NCBI GenBank assembly: GCA_963720565.1
Contig: CAVRFW010000009.1
Span: 441,322 to 505,321 of the forward strand
From: Candidatus Bathyarchaeota archaeon
GTDB lineage: Archaea; Thermoproteota; Bathyarchaeia; Bathyarchaeales; Bathycorpusculaceae
Direction of reading: 5' to 3'
Length of the DNA stretch: 64,000 nt
Part shown: positions 1-10,365 of the stretch, piece by piece
Layout of the letters: every line of letters starts with the position of its first letter
Numbering within the stretch: position 1 is the stretch's first letter
Translations under genes and position numbers: made by a program
Notes under the pieces: generated by a model
Told to the model about the DNA's origin: nothing
The model's input: the letters and a program-made list of their open reading frames with translations, nothing else
The model's database searches: none

Positions 1-233
1 TTGAGATGGAGAGCTCCGTTATATTTACAATTGCATCATTGAAGAAATTGAAAGCTGGTTCGATTTTGGCTGTGGACGGCAACCCCTTGTTAGGGATAGG
101 GAAAGGTGAGTTTGAGCCTGGAGAGCAGACTGGTGAGCTGGATAGCTGCGTTCAACAATCCATAAAAGAAGAGGCCAAGATTGCCATCGACGCTATCGTG
201 CTAATGGAAAAAGATTCCAAAACCACAAAATAG
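1..233 (+). CDS. Nucleoside (uridine/purine) phosphorylase, C-terminal part, truncated by window start
   Basis: Frame reads E-M-E-S-S-V-I-F..AGSILAVDGN, the EME motif region of PNP/UDP phosphorylases; adjacent to a nucleoside ABC operon. Confidence 0.75.
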   Translation, partial: EMESSVIFTIASLKKLKAGSILAVDGNPLLGIGKGEFEPGEQTGELDSCVQQSIKEEAKIAIDAIVLMEKDSKTTK

Positions 234-299
234 GCAGAAGAACCCCTATACCCTCGCAGTCCACGCTTTTGTCTGAGCGTCTTCGTAGTCAACGTTGAT

Positions 300-1226
300 C
301 TATTCTTTTATGTAGGGTTTGTAATCGCTAGGAGGCGTGCGCTTTCTGGCGAACACCGCCACGACAATTATGGTGAGAACATACGGGAGTGTAAGGATGA
401 TTTGAGATGGAAGCAACGCTACCGATTGAAGTCTCATCTGCAAGGCATCTGCAAAGCCGAAGAGGAGACTTGCTCCCAGTGCTCCAATTGGTGTCCATCC
501 TCCCAGAATCATGGCAGCAAGTGCAATAAAACCTCGGCCTCCTGTCATTCCATTGACAAAGAGGCTTAGGTGACCCAGTGAGAGAAAGGCTCCACCAAGT
601 CCAGCTAGCATGCCGCTGAGCACGACACACAGGTATTTTGTTTTGTATACGTCTACTCCGGTTGTGTCAGCTGCTGCTGGGTGTTCGCCCACGGCTCTTA
701 TTCTCAATCCCATTGGCGTCTTAAACAGAAGGATGTAGGAGAGTATGACCACTATAATTGATATGTAAACCAATGGAGTTTGGTTTCCAATGATTTCACC
801 CAGAAAGGGTATGTCTTTCAACAGAGGAATCGAGATTGCTTCAAGTCCTTGTACGCTTTGAGATGCGCCTCTTGACCCCCATATTGCCTGACATAAGTAT
901 CCGGTGCCGCCAAGGGCTAATAGGTTTATTCCTGTTCCGCTGACGATTTGGTTTCCCGCGAATTTCACTGTTAGTAATGCATGGAGATATCCAAGGAGGC
1001 CACCAGCGAGCACGCTTGCTATTACTCCAAGCCATGGGTTGCCTGTGGCAAACGTTGCGAGGACACCTGAGAAGGCTCCGGTTAGCATCATTCCTTCTAG
1101 AGCTATGTTTACGATTCCTGCTCTTTCTGAGAATATCCCGCCGATTGACGTGAAAACGAGCGGCGTTGCCATTCTCAGGGCTGCTGCAAAGAGTCCGGCG
1201 TTGATTATGTCGACAATTTCAACCAT
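300..1226 (-). CDS. Nucleoside/sugar ABC transporter permease (YufQ/NupC-like)
   Basis: SERAGIVNIALEG, GLRIRAVGEHP and GRGFIALAA motifs; multiple TM helices. Confidence 0.92.
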   Translation of the reverse strand: MVEIVDIINAGLFAAALRMATPLVFTSIGGIFSERAGIVNIALEGMMLTGAFSGVLATFATGNPWLGVIASVLAGGLLGYLHALLTVKFAGNQIVSGTGINLLALGGTGYLCQAIWGSRGASQSVQGLEAISIPLLKDIPFLGEIIGNQTPLVYISIIVVILSYILLFKTPMGLRIRAVGEHPAAADTTGVDVYKTKYLCVVLSGMLAGLGGAFLSLGHLSLFVNGMTGGRGFIALAAMILGGWTPIGALGASLLFGFADALQMRLQSVALLPSQIILTLPYVLTIIVVAVFARKRTPPSDYKPYIKE

Positions 1227-2311
1227 TTAAAACCTCCTTTTTTCTTGACATATTCGAAGATTTTGGGTGCTGCGACGAAGAGCACTACCAGCGCCTGTAA
1301 TACGTTTATTATGTCTAGCGGTACACCTGTGGATATGTTCATGCTTATGCCGCCGCTTCTTATGGCTCCGAACAGAATTGCTGCTATTATGGAGCCTAAG
1401 GGGTTTAGTCCGCCAATCAGCGCAACGGCTAGTCCGTCCCACCCGTAACCGGGTGAGAAACCATCGATGAATCGTCGGTGAACGCCGAGTATTTCTCCTG
1501 CTCCCCCGACGCCGGCTATTGCGCCACTGATTACGAGGGCGAGTATCAGTCCTCTTTTTGTGCTTATTCCAGCGTTTTCGGCAGCTGCTGGGTTTAGGCC
1601 TATGGCTCTAATTTCGTAGCCTATTGTTGTTTTTTCGAGCAAGTAGACTGTTGCTATTGCTGCGGCGATGGATAGGATGAATGCTGCAGAGAGTTGCGTT
1701 ACGGGGAGGAGTCGTGGGAGTTCTGCTGAAGTTGCGATGGGAATGGTTTGAGAAACCCAGCCTGGTGCTTTGAGAGGATAGTTCACGAAGTAACTGGTGA
1801 CGTACAAGGCTACATAGCTTGACATCATGGTTGTGATGACTTCGTGGGCTCCGAGTTTTGCCTTCAAGATTGCTGGGATGAATCCCCATATTGCTCCTCC
1901 GAGGATTCCTGCTAGCAGGGCTAAAGGTAAATGTATGAAAACTGGTAGTCCGTTTAGAGAAACTCCGACGACTGCGGCAAAGAATCCTCCTATTATTAGT
2001 TGGCCTTCAGCTCCGAGGTTGAAGAGTCCACATTTGAATGCCAGGAGAAATGCAAGAGCAGTGAACAGTATTGGGGTTGCTTGTGTCAGAGTTTGTCCGA
2101 TTCCATAGATGTCGCCGAACGCTCCGACAAGCATTGTGCCATACGCTTCAAGAGGAGAGTAACCTGTAGCAGCCAAAACTATTGCCCCTATTAGAAAAGC
2201 TCCTATGACTGCTATAATTTGGGGAATGGAGTCTCTTAGTGAGGTTATTAATTTTAGCCGTGCCTTCTCAAGGATTTGTCTGGCCTTTTGTTTGATATTG
2301 TCTTCAGTCAT
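1205..2311 (-). CDS. Nucleoside/sugar ABC transporter permease (YufP/NupB-like)
   Basis: GLFNLGAEGQ, GYEIRAIGLNP and GYGWDGLAVAL motifs; ATGACTGA overlap with the ATPase stop. Confidence 0.92.
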   Translation of the reverse strand: MTEDNIKQKARQILEKARLKLITSLRDSIPQIIAVIGAFLIGAIVLAATGYSPLEAYGTMLVGAFGDIYGIGQTLTQATPILFTALAFLLAFKCGLFNLGAEGQLIIGGFFAAVVGVSLNGLPVFIHLPLALLAGILGGAIWGFIPAILKAKLGAHEVITTMMSSYVALYVTSYFVNYPLKAPGWVSQTIPIATSAELPRLLPVTQLSAAFILSIAAAIATVYLLEKTTIGYEIRAIGLNPAAAENAGISTKRGLILALVISGAIAGVGGAGEILGVHRRFIDGFSPGYGWDGLAVALIGGLNPLGSIIAAILFGAIRSGGISMNISTGVPLDIINVLQALVVLFVAAPKIFEYVKKKGGFKWLKLST

Positions 2312-3821
2312 TCGCTGCACCTGTCATAAGAAGTCCTATTTCAAGTTCGTTTGTTTTGCTGTGTTCTCTAATAGCAACGATTTTTCCTTCGTAGATTACC
2401 GCGATTCTGTCGCTCAGTGCTAGGACTTCGTCGAGGTCTGCGGATATCAGTAGAATTGCACAACCTTTGTCTCGCATTTCTATTAGTTTTCTGCGTACGT
2501 ATTCTGCTGCTCCGATGTCCAGTCCTCTTGTGGGTTGTGAGGCGATTATGAATTTTGGTTGTCTGCTAAACTCCCTTGCTACCACCACTCTTTGCTGTGT
2601 TCCACCTGACAGATGTCTTACCGGGGTTTCTTTAGTTGGGGTCTGAATTGAATATTCTTGGATTAGTTCCTGCGCGAGTTCGGATTCTTTCTCAAGGTTT
2701 AGTTTGTAGAATTTTTCTGCAAATGGAGGTTGATCTTGTCGACCTAGAATCAAGTTGTCGGAGACGGAGAAATCTAGGACCAGTCCTGTTTTCTGTCTGT
2801 CTTCAGGGATTATGGAAAAGCCCTTTTTATTCTTTCGTGAACAGATGCATTCGTGATTGGTTTTCCGTTTAGGAGTATTTTCCCTTCGTCGAGTTTTCTC
2901 AATCCCATCAGGACTTCAATTAGCTCAGATTGTCCGTTTCCTTCGATTCCTGCCATTCCAAGGATTTCAGATTCATGAACTTCGAAAGTGACTGATTTTA
3001 AACCAAGCATCTTGCGTTTGTCGAAGGCTTTGAGTCCTTCAGCTTGCAAAACCACTTTTTCCTGACGAAAAGGGTTTTGCAGGGGGGACAACGGGAATTT
3101 CTCGCCCTACCATCATTTTGGCTAGTTCTTCCATGTCTATGTTTTCCTTGTTTACGGTTCCAGAAATTCTCCCCCTTTTCAACACTGTAATTCTGTCACT
3201 AATTGCGCAAACCTCTTTCAGTTTGTGGGAGATGAATACCACGGATTTTCCCTGTTGCTTGAGTGCCGCAATTGCCTTGAATAGTCCTACGACTTCTTGC
3301 GGCGACAAAACCGATGTAGGTTCATCTAGAATCAGAAACTCTGCTCTTCTGAAGAGTGCTTTCAGAATCTCCACTCTCTGCTGTACTCCCACAGGAAGAG
3401 TGTTGACAACGGCCTTAGGGTCAACTTCCAAACCATATTTCCTGGAAAGCTCGGTTACATCTTCGTTGGCTTTTTCAGAGTCCAACCAGAACCTATATTT
3501 TTCGGGCTCACTGCCTAAAACTATGTTCTCAGCCACCGTTAAGGACGGAACCAGCATGAAGTGCTGATGCACCATTCCTATCCCAAGGCTTATGGCCTTT
3601 GCAGGGTTTTCAATTTTTGCTTCTTTTCCCTTGACGAAAATCTTTCCTTGGTCTGGTTTGTACAGTCCGTAAAGAATGCTCATCAGAACAGTCTTTCCGG
3701 CACCGTTCTCTCCAAGTAAGCTATGAACCTCGCCTTCTTTAACGTCGAAATCTATTCCATCATTTGCCAAAGTGCCCGAAAAAGACTTGGTAATACCCAC
3801 CATTTTGATGGCGGAGCTCAT
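2304..3821 (-). CDS. Nucleoside/sugar ABC transporter ATP-binding protein (two NBDs), split by frameshifts into ORFs 3039-3821, 2810-3091 and 2304-2753
   Basis: Walker A GENGAGKT, LILDEPT, second half LSGGTQQRVV and SQPTRGLDIG; pieces are collinear. Confidence 0.9.
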
Positions 3822-3858
3822 AAAAAAAAAGAGGAGAGTAACTTTAGTTAAATCTTTC

Positions 3859-4917
3859 CTATGTGTATCCTGAAGGCACGGTGATTGTTCCTGCTACGAT
3901 TGCAGCATTGGCGTCAGTTAGTTTTGTCACTACGTTTTCTGGCAACGCTGTGTAGGTGAAATCGAAAGTTTCTTCCCAGAAACTCTCTTCGTCTGGTAGC
4001 CTACTGCACCCAGTCCATTTCTCCGCTAGCCCTCCGCTATAGATTTTTCCGCCGACGAATTTGCCTTCAATTGCGTCCTGTATCATCTCGTACACTGCCA
4101 CGTCCACTCTCTTGGTCGCGCTTGCTATTATTTCAGGGTATAGATAGTCTTGGCATGAGTCAACGCCGAAACCCATTTTTCCGTTCTCATGAGCTGCTTC
4201 AAGTGCTCCGAGTCCGCTTTTTCCAGCGGCTGCAAAAACGCCGTCCGCTCCCAATCCAAATAAAGATACGGTAAGTTCTTTTCCTCTTGTTGGGTCACCC
4301 CAACCTCCAACGAAAACTGGATCAAGGACCGTTGCACTTGGGTTAGCCCACTCAACGCCCGCTTTGTAGCCTACATAGAAGTCTCTGATTAAGGGTATGT
4401 CCATTCCTCCGACGAACCCTACTTTATTGGTCTGGGTGAACATTCCAGCAACTACGCCGGTGAGGAAAGAGCCTTCATTTGCTTTGAAAGTCAATGATGC
4501 TACATTAGGCAAGTCGACTACCATGTCAACGATGGCGAAGTTTTGGTTTGGATAGGCTTGGGCTGTTATATTAAGTGCGTCTGCCTGGTCGAAGCCGATA
4601 CAAACGATTAGCGCGTATTCTCCAGTTTTTGCAAAGTTGGTTTGGAAGCCTTCATATTCTGATATGGCTTCTGGTTCAGCGTAGTCGAATTCTATTCCTA
4701 GTTCTTCTTTGGCGTGCATTGCACCTGCATAGGCGATGTCATTGAAGGATTTGTCGCCTAGACCGCCGGTTCCCAGGATTATGCCTATTTTGTTTTGGGT
4801 GGGAGTGGCTGGCTTGTAGAAAAATGCGAACCATGCTGCTGCTACGATTATGACTATCAGTATTGCTGCGAGTATTCCTGCATACATCTTTTTCATTGAA
4901 AACCCCCTCAAGCTCAT
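3859..4917 (-). CDS. BMP-family ABC substrate-binding protein (likely start 4896)
   Basis: N-terminal TM anchor, GGLGDKSFN motif, GVDSCQDYL..SATKRVD. Confidence 0.92.
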   Translation of the reverse strand: MSLRGFSMKKMYAGILAAILIVIIVAAAWFAFFYKPATPTQNKIGIILGTGGLGDKSFNDIAYAGAMHAKEELGIEFDYAEPEAISEYEGFQTNFAKTGEYALIVCIGFDQADALNITAQAYPNQNFAIVDMVVDLPNVASLTFKANEGSFLTGVVAGMFTQTNKVGFVGGMDIPLIRDFYVGYKAGVEWANPSATVLDPVFVGGWGDPTRGKELTVSLFGLGADGVFAAAGKSGLGALEAAHENGKMGFGVDSCQDYLYPEIIASATKRVDVAVYEMIQDAIEGKFVGGKIYSGGLAEKWTGCSRLPDEESFWEETFDFTYTALPENVVTKLTDANAAIVAGTITVPSGYT

Positions 4918-4994
4918 ATTGTTTGAACTGCTTTTAAGATTTTTCAGTTTTCCTTAACTATCTGCGAAAAAATGGATGAGGCTTTTGTATGCGT

Positions 4995-5258
4995 TCATAC
5001 ATCTCCGGATTCTTGAATTTTCTTGTCTTCGTATGGGGCAGCGACCCTTCTGTAGTATTCAAGTTTTATGCATTCCAAAACGCCTATAGCCTTGTTGATG
5101 TGGAAGTACCGAAGAGGATAAACCTCCTTCAGCATCTTGGTGACGACATAGTTTAGTTCTCCATCCACCTCGTCTGGAGGTAGAGTCTTGAGAATTTCTA
5201 GCAGTTCTCTCAGAACCTTGTTGTATTTGCTCCTGTTACCGACTTTTATGTAAGGCAA
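4995..5258 (-). CDS. Small conserved hypothetical protein
   Basis: [39 protein letters not shown]; upstream SD-like AGGAG. Confidence 0.75.
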   Translation of the reverse strand: MPYIKVGNRSKYNKVLRELLEILKTLPPDEVDGELNYVVTKMLKEVYPLRYFHINKAIGVLECIKLEYYRRVAAPYEDKKIQESGDV

Positions 5259-5739
5259 GAGTCTTTCTCTCCTTCAGCACATTCTATGAACAGGTTTAGC
5301 TTATATATCGTGACCATTTTCAGACCAGCCTCGACGTCACACCATGCTTGGTAAACTTGGATTGGTAGTTGACAAACAGGCTGCTTTCACACGTCGGTTA
5401 TCAACAACTAAACGCAGTCTCCAGAGACTATTTTTGAAGATGAGACGTTATCTGCATTCCATTTGAGAGAACGTAAGTTCTGGAAATTAAGGTGCGTTAA
5501 CACGATGAAAACATAGCGGATGTCGGCTGCCAATGTATTCTCCCGGTCAAGCCCTCTCAGCTTCAAGAAATCCTCCCAAGCTACCTCTGATTGAAAAGCA
5601 TGTCTGGCGCTTGCATTTATCAGATTTCGCCCCTTGTTTTGTTCGAACAATGGTGGAAACCTTTATGTCTATGACTGGATATGTAGCCTACAATAATTGA
5701 AGATTTACTTTTTTCAATTATAGCGCACAGCAAATAGAG

Positions 5740-6012
5740 GTGATTGTAACGTTCCAAAAACCTATGTTTGAAGTCAAGTGTACCAGTTGCGGTAATGCAA
5801 CAACGGTTCCTTTCAAGCCTACACCGGGAAAACCAGTTTACTGTAGAACATGCTTTTCCAAGCAAATGGCCACCAGGTCTGATAGCCACGGTGGCAGTAA
5901 CAATGAAGGCTCAGAGCCAAAGCAATTCTGGGCTCGACGAAGAGACAACGGACACGCAAAGAAAGAAGAAGCGTCTATAAGCGTCTTTCAACGCCGATAC
6001 GACAGCGTCTAA
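5740..6012 (+). CDS. CxxC-x17-CxxC zinc-ribbon protein
   Basis: CTSCG..VPFKPTPGKPVYCRTCF. Confidence 0.85.
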   Translation: MIVTFQKPMFEVKCTSCGNATTVPFKPTPGKPVYCRTCFSKQMATRSDSHGGSNNEGSEPKQFWARRRDNGHAKKEEASISVFQRRYDSV

Positions 6013-6075
6013 GCTTTAAGGCATTAAGCCGCGGCCTTCCGGGCTTGCGGTTTGAATCAAAACTGTGGGGAATGA

Positions 6076-6333
6076 TTCATTAGGGACATTGAGGGATGGA
6101 AGAGAATCGACAATGAGAGAGGTTACCTGAATATCACGACAGGGCAGAATCTCGTTGTTTCGAAGAAACAGTTTGGTCAGCACTACCTAGTTCTCCTGTT
6201 TTCGGAAGTGGGAAGCAGTGATGAAGGTGCAAAAATATCGCCCGAGTACGCGACAGAATCAAAAGCTGAAGCCTTTGCATTCAAATGGATGAAAAAACAC
6301 CCAAAAGGGGTGCCTGGACCTATAGAAGAGTAG
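6076..6333 (+). CDS. Hypothetical protein (85 codons) missing from the ORF track; start probably ATG 6072 displaced by an indel
   Basis: Open frame FIRDIEGWKRIDNERGYLNITTGQNLVVSKKQFGQHYLVLLF..AEAFAFKWMKKHPKGVPGPIEE-stop. Confidence 0.6.
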   Translation, partial: FIRDIEGWKRIDNERGYLNITTGQNLVVSKKQFGQHYLVLLFSEVGSSDEGAKISPEYATESKAEAFAFKWMKKHPKGVPGPIEE

Positions 6334-6487
6334 CTGGTTACTTTCAGGTCTGAAAATTTTAGATCGTGGTGTATTCTTTTTGCAAGATTAGTACAAACGG
6401 AAGATTTGTGCATATTGTATTGACAAAAGAGCTTTTCCACATCAACAAAACAGCAATATGAACATGAAGCGTTTTGTTGTGCACGAT

Positions 6488-7874
6488 TTATGAGAGTTTG
6501 ATGTGCATGGCTCTCAGCGCGTAGGCTGCCGAGGTCTTTACGGCTGAGATACCGTATGTCCCGCCTCTACGCATCATCTTTATAACATATCCTGGACGCA
6601 GGTAGAATTCTTGATATGCCTTGTAGCGGATTTCCGCCAGTCTCTTCATACTCAGCCAGGGCGTTTCGAAAGTCGGTCCGGCAGTGTCGTACTTATCGAA
6701 ATCCGTGACTCTGAGCCAACCGTTCTTCTTGACTTGCTCGTACATCGGAGTTCCAGGGTATGGCGTTGCAACGTAGAAGCCGACGTCGTCAGGGTTTAGT
6801 TCTTTGACAAAGTCGATTGTTTCTCGTGCTGTTTGTTCGGTTTCTCCTGGAAAACCCAGTACCGTGTTTGCTATCGTCATTAATCCGACTTCGTGTGCAG
6901 TCTTGTATGCCTAACCGTGTTTGATTCAGTTTTATGCTTTTGTTCATGGCACCTAGAATGGTTTCTGAGCCTGATTCCACTCCCAGCCAAACGGCTATGC
7001 AGCCGGCGTCGCGCATGGTTTTGAGGAGTTCGCGGTCAACCATGTCTACGCGCGTGCCGCAATCCCAGGTTATTTCGAGTTTTCTTGTGTGCAGTTCTTC
7101 GCAGATTTTCAAGACGCGGTCGCGGTTCACTGTGAAGGCGTCATCGTAGAATGTGACCTGACTTATGCCATACTTGTTGTGGACCATTTCCATTTCGTCG
7201 ACGACGTTTTTGGGGCTGCGCATGCGGTATCCTCTACCGAACATACGGACAGTACTGCAGAAGTCACACCAGTATACGCAACCTCGACTTGTGATTAGGG
7301 GAAACAATACCTTGCCCATTCGTTTCAACGTTTCAAGTGGCAGAAGGTGATGGGCGGGAAATGGCAAAGAATCTAAGTCTTCTAGGAAGGGTCTGTCTGG
7401 GTTTCTCGTGATTTTGCCTTCTCTGCTTCGAAACGTGATTCCTAAGACATTGCTGAAGCTGGTTTTTGATTGGAGTTTGTCGAGGAGTTCGATGAAGGTC
7501 GCTTCGCCTTCTCTGCGTACAACAATATCCAAACTTGGGTACTCGCCAAGGGCGTTTTCGTCCCAGAAGGAACCGTGTGATCCACCAAGCATCGTGACGG
7601 CTTGGGGATGGACCTGTTTAGCTATAGCGACTAGCTGCATGGCTGATTTGTAAAGAAGAGTTGTGGCTGTGACTCCGACTACGTCTGAGGGGGTTTGTTC
7701 AATGCGGCTGCGGAAGGCTTCATAGCTGAGTTTTTCTGCTTGGCAGTCGATGACCGTGACTTCGTGGCCTTCTCTTTCTGCAACCGCACCCAAATAAGCA
7801 ATGCCGAGAGGAATGAATGGTGGATGAGAATGTACGCTCGGTGGATAAGGAGGATTAACTAAGGTAATTTTCAT
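6488..7874 (-). CDS. Cobalamin-binding radical SAM protein, frameshifted near 6910
   Basis: N-terminal B12-binding domain (PLGIAYLGAV, GGSHGS), SRGCVYWCDFC motif, GVESGS, C-terminal TPYPGT. Confidence 0.9.
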
Positions 7875-8033
7875 GCTGATGTATGCCCTTCTGCAGGGTC
7901 ATTCTACACCTAAATGCAATATATTCATTTCTTGTTTCGGCGAGTAAAGTTCTCCGATTTGGAGTGATAACATGTTAATAATTGCAATGGTGCATGTATT
8001 AAGGAAAAGAGCCTTGTTCTAGGAAAACTAAAA

Positions 8034-8205
8034 TGCCCAAGTTGAGTCTAAGCCCGAATGTCTTCAACTTAGTTCAGCCAGCTGTTAACCGGTCCATCAG
8101 AGGTCTGTCCCGTTTGATGTTATCGCCCTAAACTGACTTGAACGGTCGGTCAATGTTGCAACTGTTCTATGTTGAGGCATTCCAGCCTGCTTCTCAACTT
8201 GGGCA
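8034..8205 (+). ncRNA. Candidate 172-nt structured RNA (long irregular hairpin), family unknown
   Basis: Perfect 13-bp terminal stem TGCCCAAGTTGAG/CTCAACTTGGGCA and nested helices with many G-U pairs on the + strand; intergenic. Confidence 0.55.
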
Positions 8206-8461
8206 AACTATTACTGGTGACTTTTAACCTAATAAATTTGTTTTACAGGAAAAATTAAGGTTGAAAAACATTTTTGGAGGCTTTTCAGATAAATAAGTCA
8301 AGAAGTGCATGAACACAGAAGCTTGTGATCAACAAACAATGGTTACTATTTAAGGTAGCAAATGTTTCCTGCAACACATTTACGATGGATTCGGGCTGTT
8401 TTGGGCTTATATATCCTGAAGCAATAGTCATATGGGCTGAAGGAAGTGCAATAATCCAGTC

Positions 8462-9175
8462 ATGATGAACGGAAGACTAAGGTTCGAGGCAGATTTGGCC
8501 ACTTTGATGAATCTGCTCACTGTTGACATGAATGATGAGGGCAAAGGCAAGCTCAATGAACTCAAAGACTGGCTTCTAAAACTCCAAAAAGAGAATGTAG
8601 TAAAAATCAACCATTCAGTAATGGAACTCGTCTGTGCAAAATACCTCATCTTGAAAGGCTATGATGTTCAGTTGGAGTACGTTCTAAATGATTTACTAAC
8701 TTGTGACTTGTTCTCAATCAAAGGCTATGGAAATCTTATCGTAGAAATCGAGACGGGGTTCATACCACCAGAGAACGCGCTCAATCCCATAGCCTATACT
8801 TCGGCGCGCTTGGCCAGCAAAATAATTAGGTACAGTAGCTTCGCCGGAAAGTTCGCGGTTGGTGTTCCTCCCCATTATGTTTTGCCTTTCCCTAAAGCTC
8901 TGGCAAGGCTTCCAAGGAATAGAACGCAGGAGGACATTGAATTCGTCAAGAGACTGTGTGACATCTACTATCGCAACCCCCCAGTTACTGAGGACGAAAT
9001 AAGGAACGCCCGCATTCACGAAGTCTACATCATAGATGTTGACCGCGGAAAGATTCAGGCAGTCGACCCGGGATCTTACATGAAAAGAGCTATCCAAAAA
9101 GAGTTCGTTTTCCCCTACCAAAGCGAGGCAACACGCAAGTCCAGAAAAACCGTTACATTGCTGGATTTTCAATAG
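8462..9175 (+). CDS. Archaeal hypothetical protein with PD-(D/E)xK nuclease-like motif
   Basis: ELVCAKYL..KGYDVQLE..CDLF..IVEIETG pattern. Confidence 0.65.
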   Translation: MMNGRLRFEADLATLMNLLTVDMNDEGKGKLNELKDWLLKLQKENVVKINHSVMELVCAKYLILKGYDVQLEYVLNDLLTCDLFSIKGYGNLIVEIETGFIPPENALNPIAYTSARLASKIIRYSSFAGKFAVGVPPHYVLPFPKALARLPRNRTQEDIEFVKRLCDIYYRNPPVTEDEIRNARIHEVYIIDVDRGKIQAVDPGSYMKRAIQKEFVFPYQSEATRKSRKTVTLLDFQ

Positions 9176-9299
9176 TTGGCCGAATACGCTGATTGCGCCG
9201 TGGGAGCGCTGGCTTTCATAGCTATCAGCGCGCGCGAAAGACCCCAATATCTGCTACTTCGAGTAGCAAATTATTGTTTAGGTACCTGTCTTTGTTGCT

Positions 9300-9770
9300 G
9301 TGGCTAAACAGTCACACACGCTTATGTTCTGCTCAGCACTTCAATACCTTATGATTAGTACTGATAGTTTAAGAATTATGGCTCACATTATCCGCTTCTG
9401 CGAAACATCAAAAGACAAGGACAGAATCACGAACCGGCTAGGTTTGAATGATGTACAGGCAGAATCCTACTTAACCATCCTCACACGACAAAGGATGATT
9501 ATGCAAAATAACGGAAAATATGTTACCACACTAACGGGACAAAGCTATCTAAATTCCCATGACAAACTTGGGAAAATCAGTTTCTATCCAGAGAGGACAA
9601 AACCAAATGCACGCGTTGTTAACAATGAAGAGGGGAAAACGAAAAATGACTTTCCATTCTTTGGTTCTTGGTTCCAAGTTCGAAAACAGCGAAGCGCAAA
9701 CGTTACCCTTCAGAATGATGGTGTAGTCTCACAGTCACATACGTTTAACTCCGGCAAAGACTCTATGTAA
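9300..9770 (+). CDS. Winged-helix domain protein
   Basis: KDRITNRLGLNDVQAESYLTILTRQRMI..GKYVTTLTG wHTH pattern; start uncertain. Confidence 0.6.
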   Translation: MAKQSHTLMFCSALQYLMISTDSLRIMAHIIRFCETSKDKDRITNRLGLNDVQAESYLTILTRQRMIMQNNGKYVTTLTGQSYLNSHDKLGKISFYPERTKPNARVVNNEEGKTKNDFPFFGSWFQVRKQRSANVTLQNDGVVSQSHTFNSGKDSM

Positions 9771-9812
9771 ACTGGCATATATCATAGGCGCGAAAAGAAG
9801 GTTAAGAAAAAT

Positions 9813-10100
9813 ATGAGACCAAACGAGTTTATAGGTAAAGACGTGTTTGCGTTGGAAGAGAAAATCGGCAAGATCAAAGGGATGGAAGTAGATCCGGAAC
9901 AGTGGAAAGTGACTCATCTTGAAATCGAATTGACCAAGGATGTGGCTGAATCGGTGCTTGGCGCTAAGAAAGGCGGAGTACGAAACATGATTAATATTTT
10001 AGCCATAGAGAAGGGGACTGCCGCGTGGACAGACAAGGGGCTACAGGTAAAAGTTACAAAGGATCAGCTTCACATGTACCTGAGGCCAGTAGTTAAGTAG
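9813..10100 (+). CDS. PRC-barrel domain protein
   Basis: FIGKDVF..EKIGKIKGMEVDPEQWKVTHLEI. Confidence 0.8.
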   Translation: MRPNEFIGKDVFALEEKIGKIKGMEVDPEQWKVTHLEIELTKDVAESVLGAKKGGVRNMINILAIEKGTAAWTDKGLQVKVTKDQLHMYLRPVVK

Positions 10101-10113
10101 AGGGAAGTTGGTT

Positions 10114-10272
10114 ATGGATACGATTTTAGCGATTGTTGTTGTTCTCGTGTTGCTTTGGGCCGTGGGGTTCTTTGCTTTGCCCGGCATAGGCATGTTGGTT
10201 CATATACTGCTTGTGCTAGCTGTGATCATGTTAGTTGTTTGGCTTGTGACTGGCAAAAAGTTGTGGAAATAA
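10114..10272 (+). CDS. Small membrane protein, lmo0937/DUF5670-like (52 aa, below ORF-track cutoff)
   Basis: MDTILAIVVVLVLLWAVGFFALPGIGMLVHILLVLAVIMLVVWLVTGKKLWK. Confidence 0.75.
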   Translation: MDTILAIVVVLVLLWAVGFFALPGIGMLVHILLVLAVIMLVVWLVTGKKLWK

Positions 10273-10365
10273 ACTACACTCTCTTTTTTTTGTCAAGTTT
10301 TAGTTCGAAGGGAATATTCTCTATAACTTGTTTTTATCAGCGTTTTTATGCAAATGTGTGTTTAA

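Noticed and set aside
3039..3091. Programmed frameshift in the ABC ATPase
   Set aside because: Occurs at a G homopolymer in a sequence full of similar indels; sequencing error is the simpler explanation
5408..5650. 80-aa minus-strand ORF
   Set aside because: No recognisable motif; could be spurious or decayed
8026..8210. MITE interpretation of the 13-bp inverted repeat with AACTA flanks
   Set aside because: The putative target duplication is offset by 3 nt on one side, there is no second copy in the window, and internal G-U pairing favours RNA; not fully excluded
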